A DNA stretch of 64,000 nt from an uncultured cyanobacterium (GTDB taxonomy: Bacteria > Cyanobacteriota > Cyanobacteriia > Cyanobacteriales > Cyanobacteriaceae), in contig CAVQBA010000001.1 in NCBI GenBank assembly GCA_963710605.1, positions 64,001 through 128,000 of the forward strand, given 5' to 3'. Of the stretch, positions 10,545 to 21,033 are shown in pieces (position 1 is the first letter of the stretch; every line of letters starts with the position of its first letter). The position numbers and the translations under genes were made by a program. The notes below the pieces were generated by a model. The model was not told the origin of the DNA. It saw only the letters and a list, made by a program, of their open reading frames with translations, and ran no database searches.

Positions 10545-11330
10545 ATGTCATCAACGTATAGGGCAAGTATCGGCAAAATTGGTCTTGGAACTTATAAATT
10601 AGGAGAAGAGACTCTTTTTGCCTGTTTAAAGGCTTTAGAAATTGGTTATCGTCATCTTGATACAGCTTCTTTGTATCGTAATGAAAAGCAAGTGGCAGAA
10701 GCAATAAAACGATCGTTAATTAAACGTGAAGAGATTTTTGTTACTTCTAAAATACACTTAAAAGATATTAAATCGGGAAAGCTAAAAACTGCTGTATGCA
10801 AATCTTTAGATAACTTAAACAGTATCAATTTATTATTATTACACGCACCGACAGAAAATTTAGTTGAAGCGTGGCAACAAATGTTGGAGATAAGTCAGTG
10901 GCAAGAAATAGGCGAGGTTGGAGTTAGTAATTTTGATGTCTGTCATTTACAAAAATTAGAGTTTCAATTACCGAAATGGAATCAAATAGAAGTTAGCCCA
11001 TATTTGCAACGTCTCGATTTAGTTCAATATTGTCAACAAAATAAGATTCAAATTGTCGCTCATTCTCCTTTAGTTAAAGGTAGGAAATTGTTAGACGATA
11101 AATTAAAATCAATCGCGAAAAATATTAACATTACTACTTCTCAACTGTTAATAGCTTGGTCATTAGCTAAAAATTATATCGTATTACCTCGTAGTTCTAA
11201 TTTAATTCATTTACAAGAAAATTTTGATGCGATTAAAATAAAGTTACCAGAGAGTATTATGGAAAAATTAGATTGTCTCGAATCAGGTTATGCGACACAT
11301 CCTCAACATATTATGAATAATAATAGATAA
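10545..11330 (+). CDS. Aldo/keto reductase
   Basis: IGLGTY, GYRHLDTASLYRNE, LLLLHAP, GVSNF, NQIEVSP; starts 7 nt after the LRR gene. Confidence 0.92.
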   Translation: MSSTYRASIGKIGLGTYKLGEETLFACLKALEIGYRHLDTASLYRNEKQVAEAIKRSLIKREEIFVTSKIHLKDIKSGKLKTAVCKSLDNLNSINLLLLHAPTENLVEAWQQMLEISQWQEIGEVGVSNFDVCHLQKLEFQLPKWNQIEVSPYLQRLDLVQYCQQNKIQIVAHSPLVKGRKLLDDKLKSIAKNINITTSQLLIAWSLAKNYIVLPRSSNLIHLQENFDAIKIKLPESIMEKLDCLESGYATHPQHIMNNNR

Positions 11331-11418
11331 CTGCAAATTTAAGGATAATGTCTGAGCAACTTTTTTAAACTTTATTACTTTCTTTTGAAAAAAATATAAT
11401 CATCTTGATTGCGACAAA

Positions 11419-11553
11419 TCGCCTTAGGTATGAATTACTAAGGCTAATAGATGGCGTTCATTAAAATGAACTATTCAAACGTAATTAATTTTATTTGAAT
11501 TGCTGTTTAATTCATTAAACGATTTACATTAGCCTTGAATTTCAATTCGAGGT
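11419..11553. repeat. Dispersed palindromic repeat / MITE-like element
   Basis: Inverted ends CGCCTT...AAGGCTAAT and ATTAGCCTT...GAGGTG, each with an internal hairpin. Confidence 0.6.
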
Positions 11554-11579
11554 GGGATTTAAACGTAGAGACAAATTCT

Positions 11580-12122
11580 GTTTCAATCCCTCATAGGGAT
11601 TATAGTCGATTTCAACAATTCTCTTGTTCTTAGCGATAAAGGATTAATTTCTGTGTTTCAATCCCTCATAGGGATTATAGTCGATTTCAACATTCGCATT
11701 CGTCAAAGCGATCGCTATGTTTGTTTGTTTCAATCCCTCATAGGGATTATAGTCGATTTCAACTTCAGATAATGCTTCGTTTGGATCTACTTCAAAGTTT
11801 CAATCCCTCATAGGGATTATAGTCGATTTCAACTCGCCTTCATTGTCAAATAGAAATTTATTCCCTTCGTTTCAATCCCTCATAGGGATTATAGTCGATT
11901 TCAACAGTTTTAGAAGATATTGATTCAATACCGCATGAAATGTTTCAATCCCTCATAGGGATTATAGTCGATTTCAACCGTTTTCTTTTATCTCAGATAT
12001 TCAATTACCTCCTAGTTTCAATCCCTCATAGGGATTATAGTCGATTTCAACCCAATTCGTTTAACCAAAGGAAAGATTATGCCCAGTTTCAATCCCTCAT
12101 AGGGATTATAGTCGATTTCAAC
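11580..12122 (-). CRISPR. Orphan CRISPR array: 8 identical 37-nt repeats, 7 spacers of 33-38 nt; type I-D-like repeat
   Basis: Repeats start at 11580, 11655, 11727, 11797, 11869, 11942, 12015, 12086; minus strand reads GTTGAAATCGACTATAATCCCTATGAGGGATTGAAAC with an AATCCCT/AGGGATT stem and ATTGAAAC 3' end; no cas genes in the window. Confidence 0.97.
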
Positions 12123-12350
12123 TGCCCACGATCGTAACCGTTGATATATTTAGTTTTCGAGGTACGATTGCGTAAGGCTACCATAATTATAGACATGATC
12201 AAAAGTAATTGTCCACTGAAATCGCTGAAATGATTGCTGTACAAGGAGCGTAAAGGGGTCAAAATATTATATCGCTGAAAGCCCCTGACGGTAATAATCA
12301 TAGCCATTTTTATTTTGTATAGTATTTTAACACCCTATCCCTTACGCATT
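12123..12350 (-). promoter_or_regulatory. Probable CRISPR leader
   Basis: Non-coding stretch on the 5' side of the oriented repeat, with duplicated ATCGCTGAAA and (T/A)GCGTAA motifs. Confidence 0.6.
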
Positions 12351-12386
12351 TTAATCAAATAATTCTCTATTCTCCATTCTCCATTC

Positions 12387-15071
12387 TCAATTCTCAATTC
12401 TCCAAATATCTTCCACCACTGTATAAAAAACAGGTACAAAAATCAAACTCAAAACCGAAGAAGTAATCAAACCACCAACAATTGCCACTGCCATCGGTTG
12501 TCTTAATTGTGCCCCCGCCCCAAAACCGATCGCAATCGGTAACATACCTAATATAGTAGATAAAGTCGTCATCAAAATAGGACGGAATCTAGTTTGACAA
12601 CTAAGCACGATCGCATCATAACGTGTTTTACCCTGTTTACGTAACTGATTCGTATAATCAATCAACAACAAAGCATTTTTATCTAACAAACCAACAAGGA
12701 AGATTAAACCCAACAAAGAAATCATACCAAAATCACTTTGACTGATTAACAAAGCCAACATCGCTCCCACAATAGATAAGGGTAAGGAAAAAGCAACCAC
12801 TAAAGGCTCTAATAAACTACCAAACAAACCCCATAAAACTAATAACATCATTACGATCGAAAAAGCAAACGTAATTGAAAATTGTTTTAATACTTCCATC
12901 ATCCTCGCCGAATCACCACCCACAGACAAAACGACATCTTCAGCTAACAATGGTTGAATAATATCGACCACTTCAGTAGTCACATCTCCTAAAGCATTTC
13001 CTGACGCTAAATTAGCAGTAAAAGTAACCGAAGGTTTACCATGACGATGTTCAATTAAAGGTATATTATCGTTATTTTGTATATCTATATCCGCAGGAGA
13101 AAAACTTAAATCTACTAACGAAGTAACTTGACTTAACTCCTGATTAATTGTTGAAGCGGTTTTAAATAAAGCAGTCAGATTATCACTAAGTAAAGTAAGG
13201 GCGAAAGGTTTCTCATCGCCTGTATCGACAAACTTAATATCTTCTACACTTACCTGTGTATTTTTAAGTTGGGGTAATTTTTCTCTAACTAAGTTTTGAA
13301 CTTCACTGGTAGTAAATTGTCGATCGTCTTTTAACCTCAGATAAATCTTACCTTGATTTGGTTGCCCCCGAAAACCAACGGTATTAAAACTAGATGCAAT
13401 TTCAGGTATTTCTAAAATCGCTTCTTCTATTTCTTCCCCAACCCGACTCGTACGTCTTAAAATAAAACCACTAGGGTTACTTTTCACCTCACTTAGCCAA
13501 CTAAAAACACCTTCATTTTCATTGTTTTGTCTATTTTCTTCTTTTTGAGTCAAAATGTTAGCTAACTCCTCGTTATTCGCTAATTTAGGTAACTCCGTGG
13601 TGTAAATAATATTGAATTCTCCTCGATCTAATTGAGGTATAAATCCTTGGGGAATAAAAGGAATCAAACCGATACCAATCACAAAACTAACCACACCAGC
13701 AAGTAAAACTAAGCGACGATGAGATAACGACCACTTTAACCAGTTAGTGTAAACTTCGTTTATCAATTGTCCCCATTTATTTGATTCAGATTGAGATTTA
13801 GTCGTTGATTTTCGTTTTAACCAATACATACATAAAACTGGTACTAAAGTACGAGCAATAAGTAATGAAGCCATTACCGCCGCACTGATGGTTAAAGCAA
13901 AAGGTTTAAAAAACTGCCCGACATTACCACTAGTAAAAGCCACGGGTAAAAAGACAGCGACAATGGTGATAGTAGAAGCAGAAACACTCAAACCGATTTC
14001 ATCACTACCTTTGATAGCCGCTTGTTTAGGTGTATATCCTTGTTCGATATGACGAGCAATATTTTCAACATCAACAATGGCATCATCAACTACTATACCA
14101 ATTACTAAAGCTAAGGCTAGTAAGGTGATGGTTTCCAAATTAAAATCGTATATCGCCATAACAATGAAAGTTGCTAACAACGAAAGTGGTATCGTCAATG
14201 TAGTAATTAATGTAGCGTTAAAATTACCAAGAAAAGGATAAATGACGAGTATAGCTAATATAACAGCTAAGACCAAACTATCGATCGTTGCCCCTGTAGC
14301 TTCTTGAATATAATCAGCTTGATTTTGAGCAATTTGGATATTTATATCAGTTAGTTGTGGTTCAATTTTAGCCATTGTAGTGGTTATTAAATCAACTACT
14401 TTGAGAGTGTTTGCTTCTCCTTGTTTGATAATTTGAATTGCTAAACCTTCTTGTCCGTTATAATGAACGATCGTAGATGTTGGTTGTGATTCTTCTGTTT
14501 GTGTTTGAGGGTTATTATCTATGCCTAATAAATTAATTTTGAGGATACCGTCAATTTTTTCTAACTGAGGAATTATCTGACTTTGAGTAATCGTTGTGAT
14601 TTCGGTTAAAGTTTGTGTCTCGCTGGTGACAGCATAAGTAATCGCTGATGATTCGTTGAGGTTATAAGGGATTATTTCTATTTTTGTATTTGCTGGTAAT
14701 TTTACATTAGCGATCGTTTTTTTGACTAAATTTGTCCTTTCTTTTAAGCTATCACCTGCAAAAAACAAATTAGTAATCACTGCTTGATTGGGATAACTAG
14801 AAGAAGAAATCATCTCAACTGATTCTAAAGTTAGTAAAGCTGATTCTAGAGGTGTAGTTATTTTTTCACTAGTATCAAAGGCATTATCCAAGTTACTCTC
14901 AGCACGAATGATGACAACAGGAAAAGTAACATCAGGAAACAAAGCATATTCCAAACTAAAAAAAGCGAATAATCCTGCTACGGCAACACCTAACCAAAAA
15001 CTGATAGTTAACCAAGGATGTTTGATTGCTAAGCGTGAAACATTTAATCGCTGTCGCCAAGAAAAATTCAT
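12387..15071 (-). CDS. RND efflux transporter permease (AcrB/AcrD/AcrF family)
   Basis: GIVVDDAIVDVENI, RFRPILMTT, PMAVAIVGGL. Confidence 0.93.
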   Translation of the reverse strand: MNFSWRQRLNVSRLAIKHPWLTISFWLGVAVAGLFAFFSLEYALFPDVTFPVVIIRAESNLDNAFDTSEKITTPLESALLTLESVEMISSSSYPNQAVITNLFFAGDSLKERTNLVKKTIANVKLPANTKIEIIPYNLNESSAITYAVTSETQTLTEITTITQSQIIPQLEKIDGILKINLLGIDNNPQTQTEESQPTSTIVHYNGQEGLAIQIIKQGEANTLKVVDLITTTMAKIEPQLTDINIQIAQNQADYIQEATGATIDSLVLAVILAILVIYPFLGNFNATLITTLTIPLSLLATFIVMAIYDFNLETITLLALALVIGIVVDDAIVDVENIARHIEQGYTPKQAAIKGSDEIGLSVSASTITIVAVFLPVAFTSGNVGQFFKPFALTISAAVMASLLIARTLVPVLCMYWLKRKSTTKSQSESNKWGQLINEVYTNWLKWSLSHRRLVLLAGVVSFVIGIGLIPFIPQGFIPQLDRGEFNIIYTTELPKLANNEELANILTQKEENRQNNENEGVFSWLSEVKSNPSGFILRRTSRVGEEIEEAILEIPEIASSFNTVGFRGQPNQGKIYLRLKDDRQFTTSEVQNLVREKLPQLKNTQVSVEDIKFVDTGDEKPFALTLLSDNLTALFKTASTINQELSQVTSLVDLSFSPADIDIQNNDNIPLIEHRHGKPSVTFTANLASGNALGDVTTEVVDIIQPLLAEDVVLSVGGDSARMMEVLKQFSITFAFSIVMMLLVLWGLFGSLLEPLVVAFSLPLSIVGAMLALLISQSDFGMISLLGLIFLVGLLDKNALLLIDYTNQLRKQGKTRYDAIVLSCQTRFRPILMTTLSTILGMLPIAIGFGAGAQLRQPMAVAIVGGLITSSVLSLIFVPVFYTVVEDIWRIEN

Positions 15072-15523
15072 GCTGATAAGTAACCTCTTATTGGAGACCA
15101 AAATATTGTATTCTAACGAATAAATGTGAGATGATGATGATTTAGATCAATTTTTAGCTATTTTGATGATCAAAAGATTGACAATTAGCAATTCAAGTTG
15201 TATAAATATTATCAAAGATTAATATTTCAATTAATTTTAATATTCAAGTTTTGTTAACATTAGAACTGGTCTAAAAATAACTTTTTTAATCGTTACGAAA
15301 TTATAGTTATGTTTAAAGCTAATTTTTTTGAAGCTAATTATACATGAGCTTTTTTGGTATATTTGAAGACAGGTATAATCGTTAAAAAAAGATTGAGACT
15401 AGATTCTTAAATTATCAAAAAAACCATTTTTTTTTGGTTTATCTAACTAAAGATAGATGAATTATGACGCAAAATTGAGTAATATAATGGGTGACAGAAA
15501 AAATTAATACTTAAGTATATAAA

Positions 15524-17428
15524 ATGATCACAAATCATTCATTTTTACAGTCGTTACCGCTAAACAACATCTTCGCTCAGTTTAATAACTTAAATTTTTC
15601 TGGCGATGCATTGTTGGGTACTGCAGGATCGATTGTAAAAGCGTTGCTAATTCTGATTATTGGTTTAATTTTAGCCAATATAATTAAAGGAGTAGTCAAA
15701 TCGGCACTAAAGAAAACAGATATAGATAATAAAATCGTGGGCTGGATTGGAGGTGACTCTAATAATCAGCAATCGAATTTTGCGGTCGAAGAATGGATTG
15801 GTGAAATAGTTGGTTGGATTCTAACTTTATTAGTTGTCGTCGCCTTTTTAGATGCGATTGATCTTAAAGTTGTTTCCGAACCTCTTAATGCTCTTTTGAG
15901 TGAAATAGCTCAGTTTTTACCTAGATTAGGTGGTGCAGCCTTACTTTTAGCTGTTGCTTGGGGTTTAGCTACTATCGCTAAAATGCTAATTAAAAAAGCT
16001 TTTGAGAATTTTAAGATTGATGAGCGTCTTAATAGCCAAATACAAGAAGAGAAAGCTCCAGAAGAAGATTTTAACTTCAACGATCCTGATACAATGGGTT
16101 TTAGTTCAACTCAAGCTGTTGGCGGTACATCTGCTACATCTTCTTCAGGTGGCGGTAGTAACGACAATATCAGTTTAGGCGATACAATCGGTAACGCTGT
16201 ATATTGGTTAATTTTCCTTTTATTCTTACCTAATGTTTTAAGCGTTTTAAGATTAGAAGGTACACTTCGTCCCTTAGAAGAATTAGTTAACGAAATTTTA
16301 GGTATTATTCCTAACATTTTTGCCGCTATTTTAATCGCCGCTGTTGGTTGGGTAGTTGCTAGAATTGTTAAAAAAGTTGTTACTAATTTACTTAAAGCTT
16401 CAGGAGTTAATAGTATTGGTGCTAGATTTGGTATCGGTAGTACTCGTACAACTACAGTAGGTAGTTCAGGAAGTAGCACCAGTAGTCAATCTTTAGCTCA
16501 AATAATTGGTACTGTAGCTTACGTTTTAGTTTTAATTCCGATCGCTATTACTGCTTTAGATGCACTTCAGATTGCGGTTATTTCTCAACCTGCAACCGAG
16601 ATGCTTAATCAAATCTTAGATTTGTTACCTAAACTCTTCTCCGCGATCGTTATTTTAGGTTTAGCTTATGTAGGTGGACATTACCTCTCTGAATTAGTAA
16701 GTAACTTATTAGCCAGTGTTGGTTTTAATAATGTGACTGAATGGTTAGGTGTCGAGCCAAACCAATCAAAAGCAACATCCACAATGCAAGTCGATGTTTC
16801 TTCTGGTAGAAGTACAACTGCTACAAGCAGTGCTGCACCTCAAACACCATCAGAAATTATTGGTACAGTTGTTTTAGTTGTCGTCATGTTAGTTGCGGCT
16901 TTAACAGCAGTTGATATTTTAGGAATTGAAGCTTTAGAAGAAGTAGTCGCATTCCTTCTTGTCTTAGCAGGGCAAGTATTAGTCGGGATGATTATCTTCG
17001 CAATTGGTTTATACTTCTCTAATTTAGTATTCCGTTTAATTGCTAATTCTGGTAGTAGTCAATCTAACTTTCTCGCTCAAACAGCACGTATCTCAATCTT
17101 AGTTTTAGTTTCAGCTATGGCTTTAGAAAGAATAGGTATTGCACCAAATATTGTTAATTTAGCCTTTGGTTTACTAACAGCAGGTATTGCTGTTGCGATC
17201 GCTCTTGCCTTCGGTTTGGGTGGTAGAGAAACAGCAGGAAAACTTGTTGATGAATGGGTTGGTAAATTTAAACGTGGTGATGTGCCTCAACCTAATTCTC
17301 CTACTCGTCGTAACAATCCAAATCCTGCACCTAGCCCAAGTAGTGGTAGTACAGGTACAACAGGAAGTACAACCACAACACGTTATCCATCCCCTGATGA
17401 TACTGATGACTTAGGTTTAGGTCTATAA
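15524..17428 (+). CDS. Conserved TM-helix-repeat membrane protein (mechanosensitive channel-associated, CmpX-like)
   Basis: Repeated 'LPxLxxAxxxxxVGW' helical units; LAFGLGGRE C-terminal motif; Ser/Thr/Gly-rich linkers. Confidence 0.75.
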   Translation: MITNHSFLQSLPLNNIFAQFNNLNFSGDALLGTAGSIVKALLILIIGLILANIIKGVVKSALKKTDIDNKIVGWIGGDSNNQQSNFAVEEWIGEIVGWILTLLVVVAFLDAIDLKVVSEPLNALLSEIAQFLPRLGGAALLLAVAWGLATIAKMLIKKAFENFKIDERLNSQIQEEKAPEEDFNFNDPDTMGFSSTQAVGGTSATSSSGGGSNDNISLGDTIGNAVYWLIFLLFLPNVLSVLRLEGTLRPLEELVNEILGIIPNIFAAILIAAVGWVVARIVKKVVTNLLKASGVNSIGARFGIGSTRTTTVGSSGSSTSSQSLAQIIGTVAYVLVLIPIAITALDALQIAVISQPATEMLNQILDLLPKLFSAIVILGLAYVGGHYLSELVSNLLASVGFNNVTEWLGVEPNQSKATSTMQVDVSSGRSTTATSSAAPQTPSEIIGTVVLVVVMLVAALTAVDILGIEALEEVVAFLLVLAGQVLVGMIIFAIGLYFSNLVFRLIANSGSSQSNFLAQTARISILVLVSAMALERIGIAPNIVNLAFGLLTAGIAVAIALAFGLGGRETAGKLVDEWVGKFKRGDVPQPNSPTRRNNPNPAPSPSSGSTGTTGSTTTTRYPSPDDTDDLGLGL

Positions 17429-17654
17429 TATATTTAGTTATTTAGTAGATTATTTAAATATATAGAAATTTTATTTAAAGGCTATTACAAATACTTTCTC
17501 GATAAAAAAATTATTTTTTATGATGATTAGTATGATTGTGATAGCTTTTTCTTTTTTATGAGTATGGCAAAAAATAGTTAATAGATTGCTATTAATAATT
17601 AGTACTTTGTGCTACTCTACTTTTATTATTGTGATAACTGTTAATTCACAAGTG

Positions 17655-17978
17655 TTAACTATTGATTACTATTGATTCTTCAAGTAAGGGATCAAGTTTA
17701 TTTTCGCTGTCTAGTTGATATAAATCGTCGCAACCGCCTAGATGTCGATCGTTAACAAAAATTTGCGGAACACTTTTTTTACCACTAGCTCTTTGTGCCA
17801 TTAGTTTACGAGCATTTTCATCACCGTCTATTTTGTATTCAGTATATTCGCAACCTTTATACCATAATAATAATTTGGCTCTAATACAATAAGGACAAGT
17901 TTGCCATGTATATATTTCCACATTGGCGTTAACGGTTTTTTTGTCTATTCCAAAAACTTTTTCGATAAGTTTTAACAT
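17655..17978 (-). CDS. grxC: Glutaredoxin 3
   Basis: CPYC, SVPQIF, GGCDDL. Confidence 0.92.
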   Translation of the reverse strand: MLKLIEKVFGIDKKTVNANVEIYTWQTCPYCIRAKLLLWYKGCEYTEYKIDGDENARKLMAQRASGKKSVPQIFVNDRHLGGCDDLYQLDSENKLDPLLEESIVINS

Positions 17979-18149
17979 AAATTAATTCAGATTAAAATAA
18001 ATAGTTAATCAATAAATATTTTAATAAATAAAGATATTTACGCCTCCTATTATAATACATTTATTTTTTATTTAATTGTAGATATTAAGCTGAAAAATAA
18101 AGATTAACTAAATATAATAAATTTTAAAAAACTACTAACTAATTATTAA

Positions 18150-19148
18150 TTAATTTAATTTTTTAGATTGAAAATAAGTATTTAATTTTGTCCATAAAGA
18201 GTATTGATTAATTTTTTCTCGCTGGTTAATGAAGTAAATACTAATCAAAGTTAAACCAACACCTTGCCATTGTAAAGTAGATAATGTTTCACCTAATAAT
18301 AAACTACCAAAACTAAGAGCAAAGATTGGGGTAAGAAAAGTTAAAGCACTCAAACTAGTTAAATTACCTTTAGATGCCAAAAGAAAAAATAAGCCATAAG
18401 CGATCGCACTTCCAAAAACTGTGGCATAAGTTAAAGATAACCAAGCAGACAAATCAAGATTTACCCATTGAGCGGTTTCGTACTGAAAACTAAAACCAAA
18501 TAAAACTACACCTGCCAAAACTAAATGCCAACCAGTCGCAACGATGGGGTCAACATAACGACAAACAAAAGGTATCATTACAGTGCCAATTGCCATTGAA
18601 ATTGAAGCCAATAACATTAACCATTCACCATTATCAAACAAACCATGCCAACTTAATTGTACATCGACAAAATTACCCTGCCACCAACTAGTAATCCACT
18701 CATCAGGTAAACCAATCAAACTAATTCCTAGAATACCAACAACCAAACCTAACCAACCCCAAAAACCAATTATTTCTTTGAATAACCAACGAGACAAAAT
18801 CGCCACTGCTAAAGGTTGAGAATCAATCATTACCGAACCTAATCCTGCCCCTGTACGGCTTAAACCTTCGGCTAAAAAACCTTGAAATAAACAACCATCA
18901 ACTAAGGCAAATAAACTAATCCATAACCATCCTTGCCAATTAATTTTTTGTTCTTTTTTGAAAATGATGCTAACTATTAAAATTAAGATACCTGCGGGTA
19001 AAATTCTTACACCTGCAAGAAATAAGGGCGTTGTTTGCTCGATTACTCCTTTCATTGCTACCATTGCCGTACCCCAGAAAAAAAAGGGTGCAATTAAGAC
19101 AACGGGCATAAAAAAAGGTAAATTATAATTATTTTTTAGTTGCATCAA
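18150..19148 (-). CDS. DMT/EamA family transporter
   Basis: About 10 hydrophobic helices; two EamA-like halves. Confidence 0.85.
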   Translation of the reverse strand: MMQLKNNYNLPFFMPVVLIAPFFFWGTAMVAMKGVIEQTTPLFLAGVRILPAGILILIVSIIFKKEQKINWQGWLWISLFALVDGCLFQGFLAEGLSRTGAGLGSVMIDSQPLAVAILSRWLFKEIIGFWGWLGLVVGILGISLIGLPDEWITSWWQGNFVDVQLSWHGLFDNGEWLMLLASISMAIGTVMIPFVCRYVDPIVATGWHLVLAGVVLFGFSFQYETAQWVNLDLSAWLSLTYATVFGSAIAYGLFFLLASKGNLTSLSALTFLTPIFALSFGSLLLGETLSTLQWQGVGLTLISIYFINQREKINQYSLWTKLNTYFQSKKLN

Positions 19149-19289
19149 CTACTTGGATTGATTTGTTTACATTTGTTTATATTAATCTAAGGTGAAGCAA
19201 AATGACGAATAAGATCGAGTAAAGTGATTTTGAGATAAAGCGATCGATCGGACTCTATATCCCTTCAAAACAAGCGATCGATCGTATCC

Positions 19290-19502
19290 TCATAAAAGTT
19301 TTTTAAATTCTGCAATAGTCAAACCAGAACCTTTGATAATTGTAGCCATTGTATAAGCGTTGATGGGATTAGCTCTAGGAATAGTTAAAATATGTTCTCC
19401 ATCGTCATCGTTATATGTTTTCCTTGTCGAACAATCACAAAACCTACTTTCTCAAAGGCTTTAACAGCTCTTAAGTGATTAACTACCTGAAAGTTTAGGC
19501 AT
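19290..19502 (-). pseudogene. HicA family toxin with two frameshifts
   Basis: Reconstructed MPKLSG/VNHLRAVKAFEKVGFVIVRQGKHITM/DGEHILTIPRANPINAYTMATIIKGSGLTIAEFKKLL; start overlaps hicB stop. Confidence 0.75.
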
Positions 19503-19701
19503 AATTTGTTTCAACCTCTAAATAGATTGATTCTATGTTTTTATCTAATTCTGCTTTAACTTCTAGATAAACAGCAATCGCATCTTTGATGTTTTCAATT
19601 GCTTTAATTCTGGTTTCTCCTTGAGATGCACAACCTGGTAAATGAGGACACCAAATATGATAGCCTTCTTCTGTCTTTTGTAGGTTAACTTTATATTGCA
19701 T
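19495..19701 (-). CDS. HicB family antitoxin (short form)
   Basis: CPHLPGCASQGETRIKAIENIKDAI. Confidence 0.88.
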   Translation of the reverse strand: MQYKVNLQKTEEGYHIWCPHLPGCASQGETRIKAIENIKDAIAVYLEVKAELDKNIESIYLEVETNYA

Positions 19702-20586
19702 AACCTTTTGTTGAATTATTATTAATCTAAACTGATTATAACCGATAGGGATTTTAACTAATAATTAAAAGTAAAGAAACTCTATAGCTACTAAAATTTT
19801 AGAATACAAAGACGATCGTATTCTATATTTTCTTTTTCTTATTTAATCTTATCAATAAATTACAAGTCCTCTGCGTCCTTCTTTTTTCCAAATTCTAAGA
19901 ATCTATTCTGTAAAGAGGATATTTTCCTAAATAATATTTGACATCAAAACTAAAGAACTTATTCCCTACTTGAATCTACATGTCTTAACCAATAATAATC
20001 ACGCCATTGATGTTAATCATTACTTTTACTAAATCTGAATGTATATCTCTATAATATCTTCAAATCGACTTCCTGCTTCTTTTAAACCGTTAGTTAACCC
20101 ATCTTCAAAGTTTTTTCATTACAACGACTGACTTTGCCATCAACTAATCTACTATCATAAAGGAATATATTATTCCACCCAAACATTTTTCTGCCATCTG
20201 TTAAAAAAATAATCTACATTTGATGGTATTGTTCTCTTGTTATGGTTTCGTAAACAGAGCTGTTTTACCTTTCGATTGGGTAAATCAATTATTTGAGTAG
20301 CCAATAGAATTGTACTCAAACTGAATGTTGTTAAAAACTTTGAGAATTTCATAATCTTAAAATCATTTTTTATTTTAATTGTTATTAGGTGATAAAAGCT
20401 ATATTTTAATTATTCCCTAAAATGTTAATAAAATATTTATATATAAGTAATAAAAAACCTTTACCGTAAAAAAAATATCTTTTCTTATCTATTTTCAGTT
20501 TTAAAAGTAGTAATGATGATAGACTTTTATTAATAACTAAGCGATCGCAAAATCAGTATATTTACGACTTTGTGGATTGTGGAAAG

Positions 20587-20772
20587 CTAAGACATTTGTA
20601 CACCTTTTCTTAATAATTCTGCTAAGATTGTACCTCTTTGATTCTCACTTAAATCTGATAACTCTAGTTGATTAATTAAAGATAAAACATCATAACATTC
20701 TTCTTTAAATTCCTTAATTAAAGTATTTAATGTAGAATTATCAACATTGATTTTATTTTGAGCTAGTTGCAT
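20587..20772 (-). CDS. Small hypothetical protein, possibly truncated
   Basis: 61-aa helical ORF coupled (TAATG) to a decayed upstream ORF. Confidence 0.45.
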   Translation of the reverse strand: MQLAQNKINVDNSTLNTLIKEFKEECYDVLSLINQLELSDLSENQRGTILAELLRKGVQMS

Positions 20773-20945
20773 TATTTTTTACCTAATCTTTTTAATGCTT
20801 GTTCAATTCCTCTTTCAAACGCTTTTATTTCTTTTTGCCAATGATTTATCAATACTACTCGATCTGGTATTTCTTTCTTTCATTCTAGTTTAATTTTTTC
20901 TTGATGTTCGCTAATTCGAGTTTGTAAAGATGAAATTACCTTTCT
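20772..20945 (-). pseudogene. Decayed small basic helical protein
   Basis: Fragments KVISSLQTRISEHQEK / KEIPDRVVLINHWQKEIKAFERGIEQALKRLGKK in shifted frames. Confidence 0.45.
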
Positions 20946-20980
20946 AAAAAGATTTTTATTTATTAACAGAGATATTAAAA

Positions 20981-21013
20981 GTCCCCCTTACAAAGGGGGA
21001 TGAGCGGGGGATT
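20981..21013. repeat. GC-rich CCCCCTT...AAGGGGG hairpin repeat
   Basis: GTCCCCCTTACAAAGGGGGATGAGCGGGGGATT; relatives near 7255, 41948, 48085 and 48264. Confidence 0.75.
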
Positions 21014-21033
21014 AAAAATTAGAAATTAGTTAA

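Noticed and set aside
8930-11330. LRR or AKR as cas genes
   Set aside because: No RAMP, HD, helicase, Cas1/Cas2, RuvC or HEPN motifs seen.
11617-12085. Self-targeting of spacers within this window
   Set aside because: No match found by eye; needs a computational search.
11940-12307. ORFs 11940-12137 (+) and 12089-12307 (-)
   Set aside because: Translations of CRISPR repeats, spacers and leader.
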